From: a virus
Taxonomy: Duplodnaviria; Caudoviricetes
Strand: one strand, 5' to 3'
DNA: 35,479 nt
Virus record (IMG/VR): IMGVR_UViG_3300035492_000157
Span: 1 to 35,479 of that record
Positions within the stretch are counted from its first letter, which is position 1, and each line of letters begins with the position of its first letter. Below, one piece after another: positions 22,663 through 31,527 of this stretch. The notes beneath the pieces are model-generated. The model was not told the DNA's origin. It ran no database searches and was given only the letters and a program-made list of their open reading frames with translations. The position numbers were made by a program, and so were the translations under genes.

Positions 22663-23577
22663 TTAGATGCCCGGAGTGCCGTACACGCCGCGCGGATCGG
22701 TCCAGCCAAACGCGTAACGCTCGGTGGCCTTGTACCGCATGCTGTCGGTTTCGAAGTCGCCTTCCATGCTCTTCTCGAGGCCGCGACGCATCGCGAGCTT
22801 GAGACCCTCGGGCGCATCGGTCTGGACCCACCAAGCGGTGGTCGAGGTGATACGCGAGAGGTTGGCCTGACCGCCGTCCAGCAGCCCCATCGACTTGACG
22901 GGGTTGATGTCGTTGTTCGCGGTACCGGCGCGCAGGACCGACTTGAGCAGCACTTCCGACTGGAAGACATTGCTCGGGCCGACGACCAGCTTCTTCGGGG
23001 TCAAGCGGATGCGCTTGCCGTTGTTGTCCACCGCGTTGCGGATTTGAACCAGAAGCTGCTCCAGCGAGGTCTGCGACAGGTTGGCGGCCGTCGAGAGCTT
23101 GTTGCTGAAGGTGCCGTTGGCAATCGGGTGATTGGTGGCCACCAGCTCAACGCCGTCGCCACCGGCATAGGCCGAGGTGAACGAGCGGTTGAGGATGTTG
23201 GCGCCAAGGGTTTCCTTGGTTTCAATCAGCGACTGGGCGAGGTGACGCGCATAGGTCTGGCCGATGCGGATGTGGTCACCGTCCTCGACAAGGACCTTGG
23301 TCAGCGCGAAGGCCAGACCGTAGACCTTGTACAGGTAGCGCTGAATGAACAGCACACCACCCGACTGGTAGGTGACCGGCATGCCGTCAGGCAGTTCCGG
23401 CGCGGCGCCGAAGCCGTAGAGCACCGGCTCTTCGTGGTAGTTCCGGGGGATACCCTTGAACTCCTTGAAGACCTGCGACCATTCGTCTGCACGCTGGTCA
23501 TAGATGCCGTTGAACTCTTCGTTCAGGATCGGCTCGACGATGGAGCGGAAGTCAGTACTCCGCATGGGCATAGCCAT
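22663..23577 (-). CDS. Major capsid protein, 304 aa
   Basis: GGAGG SD, strongly biased codons and a downstream hairpin. Motifs 'GFGAAP..P.G..V.Y', 'GGDGVEL....HP', 'GTANNDINP' and 'YKATERYAFGWTDPRG.YG..G' belong to a widespread HK97-fold phage capsid family. Confidence 0.9.
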   Translation of the reverse strand: MAMPMRSTDFRSIVEPILNEEFNGIYDQRADEWSQVFKEFKGIPRNYHEEPVLYGFGAAPELPDGMPVTYQSGGVLFIQRYLYKVYGLAFALTKVLVEDGDHIRIGQTYARHLAQSLIETKETLGANILNRSFTSAYAGGDGVELVATNHPIANGTFSNKLSTAANLSQTSLEQLLVQIRNAVDNNGKRIRLTPKKLVVGPSNVFQSEVLLKSVLRAGTANNDINPVKSMGLLDGGQANLSRITSTTAWWVQTDAPEGLKLAMRRGLEKSMEGDFETDSMRYKATERYAFGWTDPRGVYGTPGI

Positions 23578-23591
23578 TGTTCAAGCCCTCC

Positions 23592-24155
23592 TTAGTAGGC
23601 GTTGATGGTCGCGACGTTCTGATGCTTACTGATCTGCACCAGAGCATTGACGTACGTGTCACCCCAAGCGTTGTCGGGGCCGGGAACGATGCCGATGAGA
23701 CGGAGCTGGCCAACGCCAGTGGTCGTCACGGTCGAAACATCGAGCGCCATCGACGACAGGCCGGTGGTGGCGTTGCCGTTGGTGATGGCGGTGGTGTTGT
23801 ACTGCGAACCGATGTCGCTCACGTTCAGAGCAGCGTTGCTCTGGATTTCGTAAGTGATGCTCGGGTCCAGCGTCACGTAGGCAACGATGTCGGTGCCCAC
23901 AGTGGCGGCAGTCCACTTGTTGGAGATGCGACGGCGACCGTCGCTGTCGGTCCATTCGACGCCCTGAAACGAGCCGACGAAGGCAGCGCCGACGGCGGCC
24001 GCGACGATGGACCCCGAAGTGGCGTCAACCGCGACGGGCTGGTTCTGGTAGATGGTCGTGTTGTACCCGGTGGCAATGGTCATCGCGAACGGACGGATGA
24101 CGCCCGACGGATGGTTGACAGGGACCAGACCATACGGAGATGCAACGCTACTCAT
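23592..24155 (-). CDS. Capsid decoration/cement-like protein, 187 aa
   Basis: GAGG SD. The 'PYGLVPV...G.F.GVEWTD...DP...YEIQ' pattern is typical of the gene immediately upstream of this capsid family. Confidence 0.7.
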   Translation of the reverse strand: MSSVASPYGLVPVNHPSGVIRPFAMTIATGYNTTIYQNQPVAVDATSGSIVAAAVGAAFVGSFQGVEWTDSDGRRRISNKWTAATVGTDIVAYVTLDPSITYEIQSNAALNVSDIGSQYNTTAITNGNATTGLSSMALDVSTVTTTGVGQLRLIGIVPGPDNAWGDTYVNALVQISKHQNVATINAY

Positions 24156-24191
24156 AGCTGATTACCTCGTGATGGGTGGGGTGAAACCCAC

Positions 24192-24734
24192 TCAGGAGAA
24201 GGCCCCCTGCGTGGGCTTGTAGCGATACATTTCCTCCATGCCGTCGCCCTCGATCAGCTTGCTGCCGGACCGCTCCGCCTGATCGCGCATGAGCTGCGCG
24301 GTCTCTTCGAGCTTGTCCTCTTCACGCAACGGGGCGTCGTAGTGAGCTTCCTTCATAAAGCGCTGGTACAGGCTTTCGGGCAGCTTAAACGCGATCATCT
24401 CGTTGACGCCGATAAGCCCGGCCCATTCGCCGGTCTTGATCGAAGCGTACTCCATTCCGGGGACCTCCGAAGCCTTGACCGGCTCGTAACCGAGCTGGAC
24501 GCGGCGGTGGATCGGGTCACGCGGATTGGTCGTCGTGAGCCAGCACACATGATAGCCGGGGATATTCGGCAGATCAGGAAGTGCATCGTTGTACATCTGC
24601 ATGCGGAACATTTCCAACCGCTCGTCTTCGCTCACCTCGCGGTTCTGGGTGACCTGACGGTCCTCCATCCCCCGGCTGCGCCGTGCGGCACCAGTGTCCC
24701 GGCTCAAGCGGGCATCAGAAAATTCTTCAGTCAT
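24192..24734 (-). CDS. Conserved head-module hypothetical protein, 180 aa
   Basis: GGAG SD; 'LP..PGYHVCWL....D....R..LGYEPV' pattern. Lies between the scaffold and decoration genes. Confidence 0.75.
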   Translation of the reverse strand: MTEEFSDARLSRDTGAARRSRGMEDRQVTQNREVSEDERLEMFRMQMYNDALPDLPNIPGYHVCWLTTTNPRDPIHRRVQLGYEPVKASEVPGMEYASIKTGEWAGLIGVNEMIAFKLPESLYQRFMKEAHYDAPLREEDKLEETAQLMRDQAERSGSKLIEGDGMEEMYRYKPTQGAFS

Positions 24735-24758
24735 GTTGTCTCACTCCATTACAATGAA

Positions 24759-25709
24759 TTAGCGAGCCGAACTTTGCTTGTCGTATTCCTGATACGCCTT
24801 CAGCATTCGGTTCCGCGCGACGGGATCATCCCAAATGCCTGCCTCGATCATAGCAGCCTTTCGGTCCGGTGTCACGTACACTTCTTTACGGGTGCTCGCG
24901 GGCGCGTGCTCACGCCCGTTGCCCGTCGGCGGGGCCTTGCGCTTCGGCGCGGCCTGACGCCCCTCGGAGGCGCCATTGTCGCCGATGCGGGCGGCCACAC
25001 GGCGCGTCAGCTCTTCCCAGTAGCTGTAGTCAGCCGGGTTGTAGCCCTCGCGCACCAGACCATCGTCGATGGCCTTGGTGATGCGGCTGTCCTCGTCGCG
25101 CCCATTGGGATCGTACCACGGGTTGGCCTTGACCCACTCGGCCGCGTAGTTGGTCACGCGCGGGTCGATCTGGGGCTTGGCCGCCTGCTCGCGCACCTGC
25201 GAGAGCTGGTGCTTCGAGGCCTGCAACTGGTTGGCTGCGGCGATGGCCTCGTCGCGGATGCGCATGGCGGCGATCATGTCATCGCCGTTGCCCGCCTCGG
25301 CCGCGCGGGCCATGATGTGCTCGGCCTGCCGCACCTCGTTCATCGCCTGATGGAGGCGCGCATCGAGGGTCTGCTCGTTGGTGCTCAGGGCGTGGTTTTC
25401 GACGCTCTGGAGGCGGCGCATCATCTCGGCGTTCTGCTGGCGCAGGAGAGCGAGTTCGGCCTCGGCCTTTTCCTTGGCCCGCTTCTGAAGCTCGCGCCGC
25501 TTGGCGCGCTTCTCGCGGTTCTTGCTCTTGCCCTCTTCGATGTCGTCGTCGAGGTCGTCCTGACTGTCGGCGAGCCGCTCGCCATCGTCGTGCTCGTCGT
25601 CCTCCTCATCGTCGGCCTTGGCCTTCGCGTCGCCTTCGTCGGCGCCGGGCAGCTTGTCGGTCTCGATGATCTCGAACTCTTCGTCGTTCTCGGTAATGGT
25701 ATCAGCCAC
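24759..25709 (-). CDS. Putative capsid scaffolding protein, 316 aa
   Basis: AGGAG SD. Very acidic N-terminus, long coiled coil, 'W...NPWY' motif and a basic C-terminal helix. Lies upstream of the capsid genes. Confidence 0.72.
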   Translation of the reverse strand: MADTITENDEEFEIIETDKLPGADEGDAKAKADDEEDDEHDDGERLADSQDDLDDDIEEGKSKNREKRAKRRELQKRAKEKAEAELALLRQQNAEMMRRLQSVENHALSTNEQTLDARLHQAMNEVRQAEHIMARAAEAGNGDDMIAAMRIRDEAIAAANQLQASKHQLSQVREQAAKPQIDPRVTNYAAEWVKANPWYDPNGRDEDSRITKAIDDGLVREGYNPADYSYWEELTRRVAARIGDNGASEGRQAAPKRKAPPTGNGREHAPASTRKEVYVTPDRKAAMIEAGIWDDPVARNRMLKAYQEYDKQSSAR

Positions 25710-25721
25710 GGTTCATCTCCT

Positions 25722-26147
25722 TCAGATGTAAGCCTTCATGCTCAGCGGATCGCCAGTGATCCGCCCCAGCAAGTCGAGGTCGTTGAACATGACGAACATG
25801 ACCTCTTTCCCGTCCACCTCGACGTGCCACTTGTCGCCGCCGTACTTGGGCGCGCGCACGAAGTCGCCGACCTTGCACCACGACCCCTCGGGCCACGGCT
25901 CCATGGTGTTGCGATTGTGGAAGGCGAGAGCGCCGACGGCCACGACCTTCGCGGCCTGCGTGTTCCAGCGCTCGGTTTCCTGCGTGTCCTCGGGCAGGAT
26001 GATGCCGCCAGCCGTCTTGCTCTTGGCCGTGCGGATTTGCACGATGACGCGCGAGCCGAACGGCTCCACGCCCGGATCGACGGCGGGGAAGGCCTCATCG
26101 AGGCTCCCGTAGTCGAAGGTGACCTTGTTCAGCGTATATTCCTGCAT
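25722..26147 (-). CDS. groES: GroES/Cpn10-like co-chaperonin, 141 aa
   Basis: 'PFGSRVIVQ...KTAGGIILP' (mobile loop), 'KVVAVG', 'KVGDFV..PKYGG' and 'NDLDLLG' follow the Cpn10 consensus. Confidence 0.88.
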   Translation of the reverse strand: MQEYTLNKVTFDYGSLDEAFPAVDPGVEPFGSRVIVQIRTAKSKTAGGIILPEDTQETERWNTQAAKVVAVGALAFHNRNTMEPWPEGSWCKVGDFVRAPKYGGDKWHVEVDGKEVMFVMFNDLDLLGRITGDPLSMKAYI

Positions 26148-26167
26148 GTGTGCTCCCTTTCCGCAGG

Positions 26168-26362
26168 TTAGAGATCGAAGTCCTTGCGTTCCCGCTCGGC
26201 GACCATCTCGATCAGTGTGGTCTTGGCCAGTTCCAGCCCCGCGTACATGCCGACTGCTCGGCCGTAATCGAAACCGTCCTTGCCGGTGGGTCGCTCCAGC
26301 GCCTCTTTCGCAAGCTCTGCCTGCGCCGTCTCCAGACGCTGGAGCAATCTCTCAATTCTCAC
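26168..26362 (-). CDS. Small helical hypothetical protein, 64 aa
   Basis: GTGA overlap with the upstream gene. The 'DYGRAVGMYAGL' pattern is typical of the small gene before phage groES. Confidence 0.72.
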   Translation of the reverse strand: MRIERLLQRLETAQAELAKEALERPTGKDGFDYGRAVGMYAGLELAKTTLIEMVAERERKDFDL

Positions 26363-26490
26363 GCCGGGGTCTTCGGCCCGTCGCCGACCTTGGGCATCTC
26401 GCCCATGGCCATCTTCTTGTGCATCGGGATGGCGTCACCCGCCAGCTTCGACACGTTGCCGTTCGGGTTCGGCTTCTGCGCGTTGTTCAT
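26359..26490 (-). CDS. Small hypothetical protein, 43 aa (not in ORF track)
   Basis: Translated by hand: MNNAQKPNPNGNVSKLAGDAIPMHKKMAMGEMPKVGDGPKTPA*. AAGGA SD; it fills the gap and its TGA overlaps the next GTG. Confidence 0.62.
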   Translation of the reverse strand: MNNAQKPNPNGNVSKLAGDAIPMHKKMAMGEMPKVGDGPKTPA

Positions 26491-26492
26491 GG

Positions 26493-26723
26493 TCAGTCCT
26501 TCCAAGTCAGGGCCTTGACGGCCCACATCTGCGCGCCCTGCGCTTCGGTGATCGCGATGCTCGCAAGGCGCTTTTGCTCGGGCGACGTACTCGCCGCGCG
26601 CAACTGGTCCATCTGATCGATGACGGAGGCGAACAGCGTCTTGCAGTGCGTGACCGCAATGTCGCCGCTGGGGTTGAAGGTCAGGCCGACCGCCTTTTCG
26701 CCGTAGCTCGGTTCACGTTCCAT
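26493..26723 (-). CDS. Acb2/Tad1-like helical-hairpin protein (candidate cyclic-nucleotide sponge), 76 aa
   Basis: GAGGAG SD. 'FNPSG....CK..FA..ID...KRLASIAITEAQGAQMWAVKA' resembles the R..S.A.T..(E/Q).A.MW..KA helix of Acb2-type proteins (recognised from memory). Confidence 0.6.
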   Translation of the reverse strand: MEREPSYGEKAVGLTFNPSGDIAVTHCKTLFASVIDQMDQLRAASTSPEQKRLASIAITEAQGAQMWAVKALTWKD

Positions 26724-26735
26724 TGCGCTGTCTCC

Positions 26736-29294
26736 TCACGCGTGGGGGTTGATGCCGGTGCCGGTGGAGAGCGGGAAGTGCTTGCCGGTGTTGATCTCGG
26801 CAGCCGCCAGCTCCATCGCCGTCTGGTTGTCTTCGCTGTTCATCTGCATGCGCGCCTGCATCTCGGCGACCGTGCGCTGGTCGGCCGCGTTCTCGCGCTG
26901 CTGCTCCAGCACCTGCTGCGACTGGAGCTTTTGCGCCTCGGACTGCTGCTCCAGCGCCAGCTTCTGCTGCTCGAGCTGCGTGTTCTGGGCGTCGGTCTGC
27001 GCCTTCTGGGCCAGCTTCTGCTGCTCGGTCTGGGCCTGCATCTGAGCCGTCTGGAGGGCGGCCTGCGTCGGGTCCATCGGGTGCGGCGGCGCGAACTGCT
27101 GCATCATCTGCTGCGCCTGCTGGATCACCTGCGGCAGCGAGGCGAAGACGTCGTCGCCCTTCTCGACGACCATGGCACCGGCCTCGGCCAGCATGCGGTC
27201 CAGCGCCTTGCGCGCCTCGTGGTCGCCCTTGATCTGCTTCATGCTCTCGCTGACGTCGGTGCCCGTCGCCTCGTTGGCCACGGCCAGTACGCTGGACGCG
27301 TACCACATGGCGATGTGTTCCTTGAGGTGGTTGAGCATCACGGGCAGGAAGGCCGGTGCGATCAGGCTGTTCATGCCGAAGGCCGGGCTGCGCATGTAGG
27401 ACAGGTGCGTCTTGAGGTGTGCGATGTGGTCCTGTTCGGGGAAAGCCGTGACGGCCTTGCCCATGGTCGCCGACACGTTCTCGGCCACCGCATTCAGCTC
27501 CTGCGGCTCGACGGGCGGGTTGAGCAGGCCTTCCGCGTTCGGGATTTTCAGCGTCTCGAGGATGCGCTCCTCGACCTTGCGCTGGTTGTAGAGCTGCGGG
27601 AGGAGCTGCGAGCGCTGGGCCACGGCCTGCACCTGAGCGAAGCGCTGCGCCTCGCTGAAGATGTTCGGGTCGGACACCGGCACGACGTCCATCGGCCCCT
27701 CGAAGTCCGCGCGGGTGGCGATGTCCTCGCCCACCTCTTCGCGCGTCTCCTCGTCGTCGAGGTACATGCCGTTGAGGCGGTGCAGCACCTTGAGCATGCG
27801 CGCCATGGCGTCGTGCAGGCGTGCGTGGATCGCCGAGAAGACGACCATGCCCTGCTCGAGGTTGGCCAGCGTGGTGCCGACCGGCGCGTTCGGGTTCGTG
27901 TCGGCCGCGTTCTCCATGGCCGTGCGCACGACGCCCTGACCGGCGTCAACGAGGAAGCCGAGCAGCTCGAAGAGCACGGCGCTGGGCGGGTTGAACGGCA
28001 GCGGCATCGCGATCTTGCGGATGTCGTCGACGTTGAGACCGCCCTCGATCTCCTCGACCTGCGTCGGGTGGATGGTCAGCGACTGGCCGCCACGCGATCC
28101 GCCCTTGAGCTTGAGCATGGTCGGCGCGTTGTTGATGTGCGCGCTGTCGAGCAGGGCGCGCAGGGCGCCGGTCGCGGCCGCGCTCAGGCCGCCGATCATG
28201 TGCGGCAGGCCGATGGGGTACGCGCCGCGCCACGGGATGAAGGGAAACTCGATGAACCAGACCAGCTCCTCGCGGCTCTCGTCCAGCTCGTCCCAGTTGC
28301 GGTAGATCGCAAGGACCTTGTTGCTCGTCTTGTCGACCGTGACGATGTACGGGGCCAGCTCGCCGTCCGTCCGGCTGTCGCCGTCGATGCGCAGCAGGGC
28401 GTGCGTCTCGTAGACGGTGCGCAGGCCGTCTTCGTTGTAGCTCGTGTCGGTGCGGCCCTCGATCTTGTCGTTGGCCTTCTGCACGATGCTCGGCTCGGGC
28501 TCCATGCTCGGCGCCACGAGGTCCACGTCGCGGTACATGCCGCTCTTGACGCGCTGCTCGTAATCCACCTGCGTCAGGTACTGCACGTGCGTCTTGCGTT
28601 GCGCGGTGTAGAAGCTGGTCGCGGCGTAGGGCAGCAACATGTCGTCGATTGCAACGAACAGGAAGCCCGGCCGGTTGCGGGCGTTGTCCCAGCTCAGCTT
28701 CATGTACTGGGCGCCGCCCAGCGGCACCTGCGTCAGCATCTGCTCGATCTCGGCACGCGCCTCGGTGCACTGCACCGTGAGCTGCCAGTTCATCATGTCC
28801 GACTTGCGCTTGGCCTTCTTGACCTTGTCGGCCGTCACGTCGCCGGGGATGAAGTCCTTGGCCGGTCCGCTGGGCGGGAACAGCTCCTTCATGGCACGCG
28901 CGGCGAAGTCCACCGTCGCCGACACCATCATGGGGTGCACGACGCGCGAGGCGCCGCTGAACTGCGCGCCGCCCGGCGCGTCGTCGCCCAGCCCGGTCCG
29001 GCGCAGGCCTTCCTCGTACTGCTCGTCGCGCTTCTTGCGCGCCTCCTTGTCGCGGCTGATCAGCTCGACCAGATCGGTCGCCAGCCGGTTCAGCTCGCTG
29101 TCGGGCAGGCTGTCGGCGAGGTTCTCGAGGAAGTCCTCGGAGCGCTGCGCCTCCTCGTCCTCGATGCGCACGATGGCGCCGCCGTCTTCGGTGTCCTCGA
29201 CCTCGTCCTGCTCGTCATCGCCGGGCAGCTCGACCATCTCGCCGTACTCGGCCTCCTGACCGTCGTCCTGATCGTCGATGTCGTCTTCGTTCAT
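26736..29294 (-). CDS. Portal protein (P22-like, with Gln-rich C-terminal barrel), 852 aa
   Basis: Directly after TerL. Motifs 'FSGASRVVHPMM', 'FIPWRGAYPIGLPH.IGGL', 'PVGTTLA.LEQG' and 'VPVSDPNIFS..QR', with a long Q-rich coiled-coil tail. Confidence 0.9.
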   Translation of the reverse strand: MNEDDIDDQDDGQEAEYGEMVELPGDDEQDEVEDTEDGGAIVRIEDEEAQRSEDFLENLADSLPDSELNRLATDLVELISRDKEARKKRDEQYEEGLRRTGLGDDAPGGAQFSGASRVVHPMMVSATVDFAARAMKELFPPSGPAKDFIPGDVTADKVKKAKRKSDMMNWQLTVQCTEARAEIEQMLTQVPLGGAQYMKLSWDNARNRPGFLFVAIDDMLLPYAATSFYTAQRKTHVQYLTQVDYEQRVKSGMYRDVDLVAPSMEPEPSIVQKANDKIEGRTDTSYNEDGLRTVYETHALLRIDGDSRTDGELAPYIVTVDKTSNKVLAIYRNWDELDESREELVWFIEFPFIPWRGAYPIGLPHMIGGLSAAATGALRALLDSAHINNAPTMLKLKGGSRGGQSLTIHPTQVEEIEGGLNVDDIRKIAMPLPFNPPSAVLFELLGFLVDAGQGVVRTAMENAADTNPNAPVGTTLANLEQGMVVFSAIHARLHDAMARMLKVLHRLNGMYLDDEETREEVGEDIATRADFEGPMDVVPVSDPNIFSEAQRFAQVQAVAQRSQLLPQLYNQRKVEERILETLKIPNAEGLLNPPVEPQELNAVAENVSATMGKAVTAFPEQDHIAHLKTHLSYMRSPAFGMNSLIAPAFLPVMLNHLKEHIAMWYASSVLAVANEATGTDVSESMKQIKGDHEARKALDRMLAEAGAMVVEKGDDVFASLPQVIQQAQQMMQQFAPPHPMDPTQAALQTAQMQAQTEQQKLAQKAQTDAQNTQLEQQKLALEQQSEAQKLQSQQVLEQQRENAADQRTVAEMQARMQMNSEDNQTAMELAAAEINTGKHFPLSTGTGINPHA

Positions 29295-29303
29295 GGGTCG
29301 GTC

Positions 29304-30782
29304 CTAGCTCGCGTACGGGTTGCGAATGATCTTGGGCGGCGGGCCCGCGTTGTCGTTGCGTGCCTCCTTTACCATCGTGATGAGGCCCTTGTCGAGCATC
29401 AGCCGCACGCACTGCGTCGTGGCGTCAACGAAGTCGTCGTGCTTGATGCTTCCGGTGCCCGTGAAAGCGCACAGTTGCGCCAGCAGCGGCTCGACCCAAG
29501 TGCGCGGGCGGCCGGGGAATTTGTCGCTCTCGGGCAGCCAGACGCGCCGACGCGCGAAGACGTGGCTGACCATGTGCAGGCGAGCCAGCTTGTCAGCGCG
29601 GCCGGGGTTGTACGCGTAGGCCTCGATGCCCTCGCGCTCCAGCATCTGGCGCAGGCTGATGCCGCTGCCCTTGTCCTCGATCAGGCACAGGTCCGGCTTG
29701 CGCCCCGACGTGATGGGCTTGGCGCCCCCGAACATCGGCTTGATCAGCGCCGTGTCCTGATCGTCGCCGTAGGCCACGTTCAGCTCCTTCTTCACGCGCT
29801 TGATCAGGTCGGGCATACCCATCTGCTCGGACCAGCAGTCCAGCAGGATCAGGTTCGTGGTGCGGTCCTTGTCGCGCCCGCCGCTGGTGAAGACGCCCAT
29901 CACGACGCAGGCCGTGCTGTCCGGGTCGCCGCTCTTCTTGTCGTACGTCGCCTCGGTGAAGGCCGTGTCGAGGCTGAGCACGATGTAGTCCAGCGGGGGC
30001 AGGGGCGTCTTGGCGGGCCACAGCCGCATCCAGCTCCGGCGGATGATGCCGCTCTCTTCCGGGTCAATCAGCTCGCCGTACAGCTCCTGCCTGCCCAGCG
30101 TCGTGCCCTCGTACTGCTCGAGGTTCTTGAAGAACGTGTCGGGCAGGTTGGCCTTGTTGTCGAACGTCGAGCCGCGCACCAGCACGCGCCCCTCCTTCGG
30201 GGCGCTCAGCTTGCGGATCAGCTCCTTGGGCTTGGGCGTCGTGGTCCACAGCACCTGCGGCCGGGCGCCCAGTCGCATGCCCATCATGGCCATGTCCCAC
30301 GTGTCGCTGTCGTACTGCCACGCGGCCAGCTCGTCGAACCAGCCGCGACAGTGCTGCGGGCCGCGCAAGCGCTCGGGCTTCTCGGCCGTGAAGCCACGGA
30401 TCGTCGAGACGCCACCTGCAATGTTTCGCATCTTGATGATCATGTCGGACTTGTTGTGCTCGACCAGCAGCTCGGGCGGCAGCACGGACAGGATGCCGCT
30501 CTCGCCCTCGAAGCAGGTAAACTTCACGTCCTGATACGTCGGCGCGATGACGCAGCTATCGAAGCCGGTGGCGTCCTCGTACACGGCGCGCGTGAGCCAC
30601 TCGGCGCCGACGCGCGTCTTGCCGAAGCCGCGCCCGGCGAGGTAGCCGCACTCCGACCAGTCCGTCTCGGGCGGGAGCTGCGACGGACGCGCCGTCTCGA
30701 CCCACCGACGCTGCCAGTCCACGAAGGCGAGCATCTCGGGCGGCAGCTTGGCCAGATCGGCTACGAGTTTGTCGGGGTCCAT
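29304..30782 (-). CDS. terL: Terminase large subunit, 492 aa
   Basis: Walker A 'AGRGFGKTR', 'LRGPQ', Walker B 'WFDE', coupling motif 'TTTP', and nuclease acidic residues in 'SLDTA', 'IEDKGSG' and 'HDDFVDA'. Confidence 0.95.
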   Translation of the reverse strand: MDPDKLVADLAKLPPEMLAFVDWQRRWVETARPSQLPPETDWSECGYLAGRGFGKTRVGAEWLTRAVYEDATGFDSCVIAPTYQDVKFTCFEGESGILSVLPPELLVEHNKSDMIIKMRNIAGGVSTIRGFTAEKPERLRGPQHCRGWFDELAAWQYDSDTWDMAMMGMRLGARPQVLWTTTPKPKELIRKLSAPKEGRVLVRGSTFDNKANLPDTFFKNLEQYEGTTLGRQELYGELIDPEESGIIRRSWMRLWPAKTPLPPLDYIVLSLDTAFTEATYDKKSGDPDSTACVVMGVFTSGGRDKDRTTNLILLDCWSEQMGMPDLIKRVKKELNVAYGDDQDTALIKPMFGGAKPITSGRKPDLCLIEDKGSGISLRQMLEREGIEAYAYNPGRADKLARLHMVSHVFARRRVWLPESDKFPGRPRTWVEPLLAQLCAFTGTGSIKHDDFVDATTQCVRLMLDKGLITMVKEARNDNAGPPPKIIRNPYAS

Positions 30783-30955
30783 CAGCCCTTGCGGTACAGG
30801 TCGAGCGTGTCGCGCAGCTCGAGGTTCATGGCCTTGACCTTCTCGAAGCGGTCCTCGACCAGCAGGGCCCGGTGGCGCCAGAAGTCCCGCTCCTTGCGCA
30901 GGTCATCCCGGTGTTGTTCGACGGCACGCAGCGCGCGCCACGGGTTCCAGATCAC
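30782..30955 (-). CDS. Small coiled-coil hypothetical protein, 57 aa (not in ORF track)
   Basis: Translated by hand: (V/M)IWNPWRALRAVEQHRDDLRKERDFWRHRALLVEDRFEKVKAMNLELRDTLDLYRKG*. GTGA overlap with the terS stop and TGATG overlap with the terL start. Confidence 0.72.
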   Translation of the reverse strand: MIWNPWRALRAVEQHRDDLRKERDFWRHRALLVEDRFEKVKAMNLELRDTLDLYRKG

Positions 30956-31458
30956 TGATCCCGCTTCCCGGCACGCAGGGCGGCCGCCACGCTGGCCGCG
31001 ATCTCGGGGGCGTTGCTGTCCACCTTGAGGGTCTCGCCCTCCTTGTTGCCCACGTCCACCGTCTGCTTGTTGCCGTACTTCTTCGGGTCCCAGCAGGCCA
31101 GCAGCTTGAGGCGCGTCTCGATGCGCAACTTGCTACGCAGGATGTGCTCGGTGTTGACGACCTCCTCGGTCGAGCCGTTTCGCCGATGACGCTGCATCCA
31201 GTCGTTGGTGCCGTCGTCCGCGATGCCCAGCACCTCCTCCGCCAGAGCGTCGAAGCCCAGCTCCCGCGCACGCGTGACCTGTGCAGCAAAGTCCGGGTCG
31301 GACGCGATCCAGTCGTACACCGTACGCCAGCTCGGCATGCCCTCGCGGCGGCACAACTCACGCAGAGGCACGCCATCCGCCAGACCGTCCAGCAGGACGG
31401 CCGCCGCCGCAGGGGTTCGGGTGGGACAGGCTCGTTTCGAGTAGGGCCGCTTGGCCAT
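30952..31458 (-). CDS. terS: Terminase small subunit (Sf6 gp1-like HTH), 168 aa
   Basis: 'LRELCRREGMPSWRTVYDW...F...RARELG.DALAEE...IAD...RSKLRIETRLKLLA...PKKYG'. The ATG at 31458 has GGAG 7 nt upstream and is preferred over the track start at 31542. Confidence 0.9.
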   Translation of the reverse strand: MAKRPYSKRACPTRTPAAAAVLLDGLADGVPLRELCRREGMPSWRTVYDWIASDPDFAAQVTRARELGFDALAEEVLGIADDGTNDWMQRHRRNGSTEEVVNTEHILRSKLRIETRLKLLACWDPKKYGNKQTVDVGNKEGETLKVDSNAPEIAASVAAALRAGKRDQ

Positions 31459-31498
31459 CTGCATGCTCCGCTGCTTGGCAGGACTACCAGTAGCCGCA

Positions 31499-31527
31499 CA
31501 GATAGCACCTGCCACGTCACACGACAA
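31499..31527 (-). promoter_or_regulatory. Putative late-operon promoter upstream of terS
   Basis: TTGTCG-17 nt-TATCTG with a TGC extension before the -10, about 40 nt upstream of the terS start. Confidence 0.5.

Noticed and set aside
609-26171. Other long plus-strand ORFs (609..1655, 2350..3966, 5890..7362, 8769..10433, 15395..16630, 20530..22197, 24342..26171)
   Set aside because: All lie antisense to well-supported, stop/start-coupled late genes and have the Arg/Gly/Val-rich composition of shadow frames.
26280-31028. 1582-aa plus-strand ORF opposite portal and terL
   Set aside because: An antisense shadow: strong codon bias in high-GC genes removes stops from a reverse frame. The product has no recognisable motifs, while the minus strand has clear terminase and portal motifs.
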